Part shown: positions 26,995 through 34,612 of the stretch, one piece after another | How positions within the stretch are numbered: the first letter of the stretch is position 1 | How the letters are laid out: the number at the start of each line of letters is the position of its first letter | NCBI GenBank assembly: GCA_905480065.1 | Contig: CAJQOV010000030.1 | Coordinates: 1 to 34,612 of the forward strand | DNA length: 34,612 nucleotides | Direction of reading: 5' to 3' | Source: an uncultured Gammaproteobacteria bacterium | GTDB lineage: Bacteria > Pseudomonadota > Gammaproteobacteria > UBA9214 | The notes under the pieces: model-generated | Told to the model about the DNA's origin: nothing | The model's input: only the letters and a program-made list of their open reading frames with translations | Databases searched by the model: none | Translations under genes and position numbers: made by a program

Positions 26995-27020
26995 GAAAAC
27001 GGGGCTGCCAGGCAGCCCCG
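26995..27020. terminator. Intrinsic terminator between convergent genes (best for the minus-strand HU gene)
   Basis: GGGGCTGCC-a-GGCAGCCCC. On the minus-strand transcript the stem is followed by GTTTTCTT. Confidence 0.55.
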
Positions 27021-27029
27021 TCAAGTGTT

Positions 27030-27380
27030 TCAGACCATTTCCTTCAGGTTCTTCAGCGGCAATACCTTGACAACATTCCGGGCCGGCTTGGCCTTGAATG
27101 TCATCTCTTGACCGGTGAACGGGTTGGTACCCTTGCGTGCCTTGGTGGCAGGTTTACGAACGACCTTGACCTTCATCAGTCCCGGAACGGTATATACCCC
27201 GGGCCCTTTCTTGAGGTCGCGTTTCATTAGTGTGGCGAGGTTATCAAAGACGGCGCCAACATCTTTCTTGGTGAGGCCAGTCTTGTCAGAGATGAAATTA
27301 AGCGTTTCAGATTTAGTTGTTGGTTTTGTTGCAGCTTTTGCAGCTGTCTTTTTCTTGGCTGTCGCTTTCTTTTTTGCCAT
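27030..27380 (-). CDS. HU/IHF-family DNA-binding protein with a Lys/Ala-rich N-terminal extension
   Basis: GAGGAG RBS before the ATG at 27380. The tail MAKKKATAKKKTAAKAATKPTTK is followed by an HU fold (LTKKDVGAVFDNLATLMKRDLKKG...RKGTNPFTGQEMTFKAKPARNVVKVLPLKNLK). Confidence 0.8.
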   Translation of the reverse strand: MAKKKATAKKKTAAKAATKPTTKSETLNFISDKTGLTKKDVGAVFDNLATLMKRDLKKGPGVYTVPGLMKVKVVRKPATKARKGTNPFTGQEMTFKAKPARNVVKVLPLKNLKEMV

Positions 27381-28182
27381 TCGAAGTAGCTCCTCGTTGA
27401 ATGATAGATAAAACAGCATGCGTAAGATAGCACATAAAATTAAATGTGAAAGCGTTTTGAAGTTCTAAAAAGCCTTTTTTTGTAGGATTTTATGGCTTCA
27501 GAACCGGGTGCTTCAGCTGTTTACGCTGACGACGCCTCTGTGAGCGGTTGCTGTGTGAGCTGGTCTGGTGGCGGGAATGGTGTGTGACACAGGCCCGAAT
27601 GACACGTTTTGCGAACAGGTCAGCAATAATAATACACTGTAAATAAAGGCATAATCGCGTTATCTCCAGGACATCGGCATGCAGGTGATCGGGCATCGAC
27701 AATGCCTGCCCGATTCGCAGGTGTGCATGCCAGGCAGGAATGCCTGTGTCCAGCACGGCATCTGCAACCGGGGCCGGTTCATCCGGATAGCAGCAGCCCA
27801 TCATCTGGCTGCTTCGGGAGCAGCGGCTGCTCACCAACGGGGCGCGTGCCGGACGCCTGCGCTTTCGACAAGTCCCGCCGCTGCGTGTGCCGGGTGCCGC
27901 GGCTGTGCTGCCGGCGAATGCGCCCTGACCGCCAGGGGGGATCTTTCCTGGCGCGTAATAAAGTACCTAAAACATCAAATAAAACAATGAATTAAATGGT
28001 TATATTATTATCCGGGCGGACGTCCTGTAACCCCGGCCTATGCGCGCATGGGGAGGCCTGGCACACGCTGCCTTTACACCTAAATAACAGTTCCCGCCAG
28101 CCGATACGCTGGGAGCAGCCTATTGCCGCCTCGGTATTTGCCGGGTGGTACAACTTACAGACTTTCACAGCGAAGAGTGGAT

Positions 28183-31100
28183 ATGCGCGCCGCACCCAAA
28201 AAGACCGAAGACAGAAAAATTCTCCAGGAGCTCGTTCCGCTGAATGCGTTGTCAGAGGAGCGCTTCCAGGAACTGGCCAGCAAGATCATCATCGAGGAGG
28301 TGAAGGCTGGTCGCTACCTGTTCCGCCAGGGTGATCGCGATAACCAGTCAATCTACCTGCTGGACGGGAAGGTCAACCTGATCGATGGCTTCCGCAAGGT
28401 GGTCGGTGAAGTGGAGGCGGGTACCGATATCAGTCGCTACCCGATCGCCGGACAGCAACCCAGGCCATTTTCCGCACGTGTGGTCAAGAAGGCTGTGATC
28501 GCGCGCATCGATTCCGGCCTGCTTGATGTTTTCCTGACCTGGGATCAGTCCAGCACCGCCGAGGTAATGGAAATCGGGGTGGACGAAAACAATGACTGGA
28601 TGACCCGCCTGCTGCAATCCGAGGCATTCTGCCAGTTACCACCGGCAAAATTGCAGGGACTGCTGATGAAGATGAGGCCAGTCTCGGTCAGCTGCGGCGA
28701 AGTTGTCATCGAAGAGGGAAGCGAGGGCGATTACTTTTACACAATCCATGAAGGTCGTTGCGTGGTTACCCGCACGGACAAGAGCACAGGAATGGTTCAG
28801 ACGCTGGCTGAATTGTCTGATGGCGATTCGTTTGGCGAGGAAGCACTGGTTTCGAGCGGTACCCGCAATGCAACCATTACCATGTTGACAGACGGGCAGC
28901 TAATGCAGCTGGCAAAGCGGGACTTCGAGGAGTTGCTCCACAAGGAGCTGGTCAAGCATGTCAGCCTGGAGCAGTCCGAGCTGCTGGTGCAGGAAGGAGC
29001 AGTCTGGGTCGATGTGCGCACCCCGGATGAATACCAGCAGGGGTCCTTCGAGGACAGTGTAAATATTCCACTTTCTTCCCTGCGTGGTGAATTGCCAGAG
29101 CTGGTGTTCAATGCGAAATACATTATTTGTTGCGATACCGGACGGCGCAGCGAATCTGCCGGGTTTCTCCTGAGTCACAAGGGCTTCGACGTCTATGTGC
29201 TGGAAGGCGGAATCAGTGGCAAGCAGAGCGATGCAGATGAGTCCATGGACGACGGGGTATTTGCGGCGGACTTGCGTGACCCAGTGGTCACTCTGGCAAG
29301 TGATACTGCTGAATTATTTCCGGATACCCCCTGGGGCGTGGCGGGGGCAGTAGCCAGCGCAGAAGCCACAGTAGACGCCGGCACAGATCCCGCAGCAGAC
29401 GCAAGCGAACAGTTATTGCGGTTGCAGTCCGAGTACGATGCCTTGCACGGCCAATATGAAGCGTTGCTGGTTGTGCAGCAACAGCAGGATGTGGCAAAAG
29501 AGAGTCTCGAGAATCAGCTTGAGCAGTTGCGCGGCGAGCTCGGTGAATCTGCTGAAAAGCTGACAGAAATATTCACGCGTAGCTCGGGACTGGACGAGGA
29601 AAGACAGTTGTTGCGTGAACAATATGCTGCATTGCAGGAAGAACATGCGGATATGTTGTCTACGCTACAGGCAGATCTCGACAAGGAACGACATCATGCG
29701 CAGCATTTGCAGCGCGAGCTGGAAACAATAACCGGCGAGCGTGCCATGCTTGGCGAGCAGGTGGAATCCGGGCGTCTGGATTTGCAGACAACTCTCGACA
29801 CGGTGAAATCGGAGCTGGATGAGTCGCGGCGGAAGATTGCGATGTTTGAATCCCGTCTGGATGAGGTCTCGTCAGAGCGTGAGCAATTGCAGAAGGAGAA
29901 CCGCGAACTTAACAGCGAGCTCGCCGGCTTGCAGGCAATGAATGACAGTGCCGGCGGTGAACTGGAAAAACGTGATGAGGTGCTGGATCAGTTGCGAGCC
30001 GGAAATGCGGCGCTTGAGCAGCAGCTTGAGTCGGTCCGTGCAGATCTGGCTGAACGCCAGTTGCAGCTCGATTCTGTAACGGCAGAGTCGACTGACCGAC
30101 TAGAGGCGCTGCAGCACCAGTACGATGAACAGCTGGTTCAACTGAAACAAATGCAGGATCTGCTGGCTGGAGAATCAAAAGATAATGCACAGGCATCAGC
30201 CGCTATAACCAGCCTGCAGGAAGAAAACAATCATCTGCGCAGCTCCATGCGTGAGTTGAATTCCAGGATCGCGCAACAATTCGAACAGATTGAGAACCTG
30301 GGCGCGGATCGCCGGGCAATCGATGATCTGAACTCGAAACAGCAGCTGGAGTGGGAAAAAGAGCGTGATGCATTGCAGGTGCAATTGGCAGAACTCAACG
30401 CCTTGTCTGCACGGTTACAGGATGAGCGGTTGCGTGAACAGGAGGAATTGCAACAGACCAGGGAAAGTTTCGAGAAGCAGCACCTGGAGCAGGTCGACAG
30501 GTACAATGCCGCGCTGGAAAAACATGAACAGCAGTTTGCAGAGATGCGGAGTTCACTGTCGGTAAAGAATGAAGAGCTCGATCTTGCCAGGCAGGAACAG
30601 CAACATCTGCAGAAACAACTCGTCGAAAGCGTGGCGGAAAATTCGAATATCGAGGAGAAGGTAACGGCATTACAGGCGGAAATAACCAGGCTTGCAGAAG
30701 GGTCAGATCAGCAAATCACGGAGTTGCAGGGACAGATCCAGGCGGGTGAACAGAATGTTCTGCAGCTGCAGAACGAGGTCGCCAATAAAGATGAACAGCT
30801 GACCGCGCTGCGACTGGAGATTAACCAGCATGAACTCGCAAGCACGGTTCACGTGCAGGAGCTGGACCTGCTGCGTGCACAGTTGCAGGAAATGCAGGGC
30901 GCACATGAGTTGCACGGTGAGCAGGTGCGAAATCTTGAGCAGAGTATCCAGGAGGCGGCTCGCAAGGCGCACGAGGATCTCAAGCGCAAGAATGATAACG
31001 AAAAGGAATTGCAGGGCCAGGTCGAGCGCCTGCGCAAAAAACTCGAACAGGTTACCGGCGATTACCAGAAATCGCGCAAGGATGCGCAGGACAATGTTGA

Positions 31101-32982
31101 TCAGCTGCGCGAGGAACTGCATGCCGAACGCCAGGCCCGTGATGACGAGCGGGCACAAATGGCTGCCCGGCAGCGTGAACTGAAGGAGCAGCTGACGGCG
31201 GTAGCTTCCGAGCATGAGGTAAATTTCAGTAACCAGTCCGGTGTGATTGAGGAAGCAATCGATGCCGCCCGGAAAGATGAGCGAGCCCGTCTGCAGGGCG
31301 TCATGGACACCCATGCCGCAACCGAGTCGTTACTGGAGCAAGTGCAGCAGGAACTGCGCCAGGCGCGTACCGAGCTGGCCGAATACCGTCGGCTGGAAAA
31401 AGATCGCAGACAGGGTGATGTCGAACTCATAGAGGAGCAGAACCAGCAGGCCGAGGCTGCGATCAGCCAGCTGCATACCCAGCTGAAGCAGCTCACGGAA
31501 GAGCGTGACGACGCGCTTGAGCAACAGATTACCTTGCGCGAGAGAATGGATGCACTGCGCGGCGAGGTCGAGGTTGCGCGTGGCCTGATGAATGCATCTG
31601 CCCAGGGCTGTCTCGAAGATCCGGTACAACTGCGCAAGCAGCTGGATGAAACGCGCAAGAATGTAGAAATCGCCGTGCGTCTGCGTGCCGAGGCAGAAGC
31701 GGCGCGTGACCGGCTGCAGGATGAGTGTGATCGCCTGCTGGTGCAGGTTGGAGGCGGACAGGGTCAGGGAGCGTTCAGTAACACATCTGCACCGGTAATC
31801 CAGCCTGAATCGATGGCCAAGGCAGTTTACGAACCGGCCGCAGCGACCCGGAAAGAAAAGCCGGCTGCTGGCAAGTCACGGCCGCAATCGCCCGCAACTG
31901 ACCAGAAACGCACATGGTCCCGCTGGCTGTTTCCTGCAATCAGTATGGCTATCCTGGTCGTGTCCGGCGTGCTTGTCTGGTCACTGCTCGGTGAATACCC
32001 GTCGTTACAGGATGAAACGTCGATGGATGAGGCGTCGTCTGCAGACGTTGTATTACCTGTGCAAAGCGTGCCAAACCCGCAGCAGTCGTCAGTATTGCCG
32101 GACACGGCGAGAACTGAGCAGTCTTCCCGGCCGGGCGTGAGCCCTGCGCCGCTGGTGGTAGAGCCAGCGCATGAGCCGGATGCAGTGGTCCCAGATCCCG
32201 CGCCAGCGCAAGCGGAAAAGGCGCCCGTGGTAGCAGTGGCGCCAGCGCCGGTCGTGCGTACATTCAGCGACAGTCTGAAGAGCGGTGGTAATGGACCTCG
32301 TATGGTGCAACTTGCGCCAGCGACCTTCCAGATGGGCAGCGTGGGCAATTCAATCAATTCTGAAGAAGTGCCACGCCACGATGTGACGCTGGGAGCGTAT
32401 TCAATCAGTAGTCATGAAGTGACCTTTGCTGATTATGATCGTTACGCACGCGCTACCGGGCAACGCCTGCCGTATGACGAATCCTGGGGCAGGGGCAAGC
32501 AGCCAGTGATCAATGTATCCTGGAAAGATGCTCAGGGTTACGTGAAATGGCTGTCTGTGCAAACCGGAAATACCTATCGTCTGCCCACCGAGGCAGAGTG
32601 GGAGTACGCTGCACGTGCCGGCAATGTCGCCAGCTACTGGTGGACAGAGGTGTACGAAACCATACCCGCGAACTGCTTCAATTGCGGCAGCAAATGGGAT
32701 GGCGCACGAACTGCGCCGGTTGGCCAGTTCGCTGCAAACAGCCTCGGACTCTACGACATGGCCGGTAATGTGCAGGAGTGGACGGCGGACTGTTACCATC
32801 AAAATTATGTCGGTGCGCCGGCCGATGGCAGTGCCTGGGAGGGCGTGGATTGTTCGCAACGGGTGGTCAGGGGTGGCGCGTACTCCAGTCCCCTGAATAC
32901 ATTGCGCAGCGCAAATCGTGCACAGCTGGCGGAGGATACCCGTCTCGACAACCTTGGCTTCCGGGTAGTCCGCGCAGAGTGA
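28183..32982 (+). CDS. Giant multidomain membrane protein: 2x cNMP-binding, rhodanese, long coiled coil, TM helix, FGE/SUMF1-like domain
   Basis: cNMP-binding domain 1 is at about 28231..28515. cNMP-binding domain 2 is at about 28612..28940 and contains GDSFGEEAL. The rhodanese domain is 28996..29220, with active loop CDTGRRS at 29131..29151. A heptad-rich E/Q/L/R segment runs about 29407..31749. The TM helix WSRWLFPAISMAILVVSGVLVWSLLG is at 31915..31992. A Pro-rich linker follows. The FGE-sulfatase-like domain at about 32257..32979 has RLPTEAEWEYAARAG, GLYDMAGNVQEW and RVVRGGAY. The ATG at 28183 is preferred over the TTG at 28123. Confidence 0.85.
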   Translation: MRAAPKKTEDRKILQELVPLNALSEERFQELASKIIIEEVKAGRYLFRQGDRDNQSIYLLDGKVNLIDGFRKVVGEVEAGTDISRYPIAGQQPRPFSARVVKKAVIARIDSGLLDVFLTWDQSSTAEVMEIGVDENNDWMTRLLQSEAFCQLPPAKLQGLLMKMRPVSVSCGEVVIEEGSEGDYFYTIHEGRCVVTRTDKSTGMVQTLAELSDGDSFGEEALVSSGTRNATITMLTDGQLMQLAKRDFEELLHKELVKHVSLEQSELLVQEGAVWVDVRTPDEYQQGSFEDSVNIPLSSLRGELPELVFNAKYIICCDTGRRSESAGFLLSHKGFDVYVLEGGISGKQSDADESMDDGVFAADLRDPVVTLASDTAELFPDTPWGVAGAVASAEATVDAGTDPAADASEQLLRLQSEYDALHGQYEALLVVQQQQDVAKESLENQLEQLRGELGESAEKLTEIFTRSSGLDEERQLLREQYAALQEEHADMLSTLQADLDKERHHAQHLQRELETITGERAMLGEQVESGRLDLQTTLDTVKSELDESRRKIAMFESRLDEVSSEREQLQKENRELNSELAGLQAMNDSAGGELEKRDEVLDQLRAGNAALEQQLESVRADLAERQLQLDSVTAESTDRLEALQHQYDEQLVQLKQMQDLLAGESKDNAQASAAITSLQEENNHLRSSMRELNSRIAQQFEQIENLGADRRAIDDLNSKQQLEWEKERDALQVQLAELNALSARLQDERLREQEELQQTRESFEKQHLEQVDRYNAALEKHEQQFAEMRSSLSVKNEELDLARQEQQHLQKQLVESVAENSNIEEKVTALQAEITRLAEGSDQQITELQGQIQAGEQNVLQLQNEVANKDEQLTALRLEINQHELASTVHVQELDLLRAQLQEMQGAHELHGEQVRNLEQSIQEAARKAHEDLKRKNDNEKELQGQVERLRKKLEQVTGDYQKSRKDAQDNVDQLREELHAERQARDDERAQMAARQRELKEQLTAVASEHEVNFSNQSGVIEEAIDAARKDERARLQGVMDTHAATESLLEQVQQELRQARTELAEYRRLEKDRRQGDVELIEEQNQQAEAAISQLHTQLKQLTEERDDALEQQITLRERMDALRGEVEVARGLMNASAQGCLEDPVQLRKQLDETRKNVEIAVRLRAEAEAARDRLQDECDRLLVQVGGGQGQGAFSNTSAPVIQPESMAKAVYEPAAATRKEKPAAGKSRPQSPATDQKRTWSRWLFPAISMAILVVSGVLVWSLLGEYPSLQDETSMDEASSADVVLPVQSVPNPQQSSVLPDTARTEQSSRPGVSPAPLVVEPAHEPDAVVPDPAPAQAEKAPVVAVAPAPVVRTFSDSLKSGGNGPRMVQLAPATFQMGSVGNSINSEEVPRHDVTLGAYSISSHEVTFADYDRYARATGQRLPYDESWGRGKQPVINVSWKDAQGYVKWLSVQTGNTYRLPTEAEWEYAARAGNVASYWWTEVYETIPANCFNCGSKWDGARTAPVGQFAANSLGLYDMAGNVQEWTADCYHQNYVGAPADGSAWEGVDCSQRVVRGGAYSSPLNTLRSANRAQLAEDTRLDNLGFRVVRAE

Positions 32983-33054
32983 AGCCCGCCTGGCCTGGAG
33001 CTTTATTTACCAGACGCTGGTTGACAATGCATGCCGGGTTCGTAGGCTGGGCCT

Positions 33055-33423
33055 GTGTCCGACGTTTCAACCATAACAATCTGCCGGCTGGACGAGCTGG
33101 ATCACGGTGACAGCCGTGGATTCACCCTGGAGCAGGCCGGGAAATTGCACGCTATCTTTGTAGTGAGGCAGGCCGGCAGGGTATATGCGTACCTGAACCG
33201 GTGCCCGCACACCGGCGCACCGCTGGACTGGGTGCCGGACCGGTTTCTCGATCTGGATGGCACACATATCCAGTGTGCCAATCATGCCGCCCTGTTTCGT
33301 ATCGAGGATGGTGCCTGTCTTGCCGGTCCCTGTAACGGGACTGGCCTCGAGCCGCTTGCTGTCGAAATCAATGCCGGGCTGGTACAGCTTCGGGCCGGCT
33401 ATATCATTCCCACGCCGCGTTGA
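33055..33423 (+). CDS. Rieske (2Fe-2S) domain protein
   Basis: CPHTG...CANHAALF provides the CxH...CxxH Rieske ligands. GTG start. Confidence 0.8.
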   Translation: MSDVSTITICRLDELDHGDSRGFTLEQAGKLHAIFVVRQAGRVYAYLNRCPHTGAPLDWVPDRFLDLDGTHIQCANHAALFRIEDGACLAGPCNGTGLEPLAVEINAGLVQLRAGYIIPTPR

Positions 33424-34334
33424 ATGTTGTGTCACTGCTGACTTCACTGTTTCCGCTCTGGGCACTGGCAGCGAGTTTGCTTGCCTGGCTGTTCCCGGAC
33501 TGGTTCGCCGGACTGAAGCCGGCCATCATTCCACTGCTTGGACTGGTCATGTTCGGTATGGGAATTACCCTCACGGTAGGGAATTTCACAGCAGTTTTGC
33601 GACGTCCGCTGCCGGTGTTACTGGGCATTGCCCTCCAGTATCTGGTGATGCCGCTGGCTGGATGGCTGCTGGCCTTGCTGTTCCGGTTGCCGGAACCCTT
33701 GCTGGTCGGCATGGTCCTGGTCGGATGCAGTCCTGGGGGCACAGCATCCAATGTGGTCTGCTTCCTGGCCCGTGGTGACGTGGCGCTATCGATTACGCTT
33801 ACCACATTTTCAACCCTGGTCGCCGTGGTCGCTACCCCGGTGCTGACCTGGCTCTATGTCGGTGAGGCTGTGCCGGTACCGGTGCTCGACATGTTATGGA
33901 GCATTGTCCGTATCATTATTGTACCTGTTGCAGTTGGCGTATTGCTCAACAGGGTAATGCCGCAGCGACTGGCGCCTTTACAGGGGTTCTTCCCGCTGCT
34001 TTCGATGGGTTCCATCGTGCTGATCATTGCCATTATCGTGGCGCTAAACCAGGCCCAGCTGGCTCACGTCGGCTTCGGAATGCTGCTTGCCGTGTTGCTG
34101 CACAATCTGGTCGGGATGCTGGCAGGCTTCCAGGTTCCACGTCTGCTGGGTCGTGACCGGCGTGAATGCCGGACACTGGCGATCGAGGTCGGGATGCAGA
34201 ATTCCGGGCTGGCAGTTGCACTGGCAGTCAAGTATTTCTCGGCGGGGGCGGCACTGCCAGGCGCGTTTTTCAGTATCTGGCATAACCTGTCCGGCTCGCT
34301 GGTTGCCAGCTACTGGCGTCGGCGCGATTACTGA
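33420..34334 (+). CDS. Bile acid:sodium symporter (BASS) family transporter
   Basis: A polytopic membrane protein with BASS signatures (MFGMGITL, GCSPGGTASNVV, EVGMQNSGLA). A TTG start at 33420 overlaps the Rieske stop as TTGA; GTG at 33429 is the alternative. Confidence 0.85.
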   Translation: MNVVSLLTSLFPLWALAASLLAWLFPDWFAGLKPAIIPLLGLVMFGMGITLTVGNFTAVLRRPLPVLLGIALQYLVMPLAGWLLALLFRLPEPLLVGMVLVGCSPGGTASNVVCFLARGDVALSITLTTFSTLVAVVATPVLTWLYVGEAVPVPVLDMLWSIVRIIIVPVAVGVLLNRVMPQRLAPLQGFFPLLSMGSIVLIIAIIVALNQAQLAHVGFGMLLAVLLHNLVGMLAGFQVPRLLGRDRRECRTLAIEVGMQNSGLAVALAVKYFSAGAALPGAFFSIWHNLSGSLVASYWRRRDY

Positions 34335-34343
34335 ACAGTGATG

Positions 34344-34538
34344 TCAGAGGTCCTTCAGGATGCGTTGCAATAACACCATATAGGCATCACAGGCGGCCAC
34401 GGTTTGCGGGTTGTTAACCGCATACAAGGGCTGCAGGGCGGTATATGCGGACCTTGGGACAGGTTGCCTGGCCACCTTGCCAGACGCCGAATCCTGGTTG
34501 AGTACCTTGCCTGTCGACATGTCGTAGATGATCGCCAT
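34344..34538 (-). CDS. Small hypothetical protein (64 aa)
   Basis: GGGAGG lies about 7 nt upstream of the ATG at 34538. I recognise no family. Confidence 0.4.
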   Translation of the reverse strand: MAIIYDMSTGKVLNQDSASGKVARQPVPRSAYTALQPLYAVNNPQTVAACDAYMVLLQRILKDL

Positions 34539-34612
34539 GATGTGCCTCCCGTAGTAGCCGATAATTATTTATCGGCAGGCAACCATTGCGATTTAGTGCC
34601 AGACACCGGATG

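Noticed and set aside
27490-27837. 115-aa ORF on the minus strand in the long non-coding region
   Set aside because: It needs a TTG start without an SD. The upstream part is Ser/Arg/Cys-rich and the C-terminus is a run of basic and polar residues (HSRHQTSSHSNRSQRRRQRKQ). It coincides with the nested DNA palindromes, which better explain the open frame. Kept as a caveat in the finding for 27381..28182.
27780-27960. Short similarities to structured-RNA motifs on the minus strand: GAAGCAGCCA as in SRP RNA, and CAGGAAAGATCCCC vaguely like RNase P GGAAAGTCC
   Set aside because: The surrounding conserved elements of 4.5S RNA (the GGAA tetraloop context) and of RNase P RNA (the P4 helices, the AGGGTGAAA-type motifs) are absent. 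The matches are too short to mean anything.
28123-28182. 20-codon N-terminal extension of the giant ORF from a TTG start
   Set aside because: The extension (MPPRYLPGGTTYRLSQRRVD) precedes a normal ATG. The cNMP-binding domain alignment begins shortly after that ATG, and the TTG has no better RBS.

Overview
GC-rich chromosomal segment that looks proteobacterial, probably gammaproteobacterial, judged only from gene content and REP-like repeats. It is mostly housekeeping and respiration genes. The core is a cbb3-type cytochrome oxidase locus: ccoNOQP plus ccoG and ccoH on the + strand, with ccoI and ccoS inverted upstream. These are separated by ompW and a Yip1-family gene. Downstream is a split class II (B12-dependent) ribonucleotide reductase, nrdJa/nrdJb, preceded by two NrdR boxes. 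The rest of the window includes an orphan exeA/gspB pair, slyD, hspQ, a TerB-family gene, an HU-like gene, a Rieske protein and a BASS transporter. At the 5' end there is a cluster of exported or surface proteins. Two genes stand out as unusual. (1) CDS 28183..32982 encodes about 1,600 aa with the order two cNMP-binding domains, rhodanese, about 780 aa of coiled coil, one TM helix, a Pro-rich linker and an FGE/SUMF1-like domain that lacks the catalytic cysteines. (2) CDS 4272..7310 encodes 1,012 aa fusing a class I SAM-methyltransferase-like domain with a degenerate motif IV to a full NorD/CbbO-type VWA activase adaptor; no NorQ/CbbQ AAA+ partner is present in the window. Smaller observations are also reported. 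They include a 50-codon membrane ORF missing from the ORF track and start/stop-coupled to a rhodanese gene, a REP doublet, and a perfect FNR box. There are also a sigma32-like hspQ promoter, several perfect palindromes, and an approximately 800-nt highly structured non-coding region upstream of the giant gene. No CRISPR array, tRNA, rRNA or recognisable mobile-element gene was seen. All calls come from reading the sequence and translations by eye; no database search was run.
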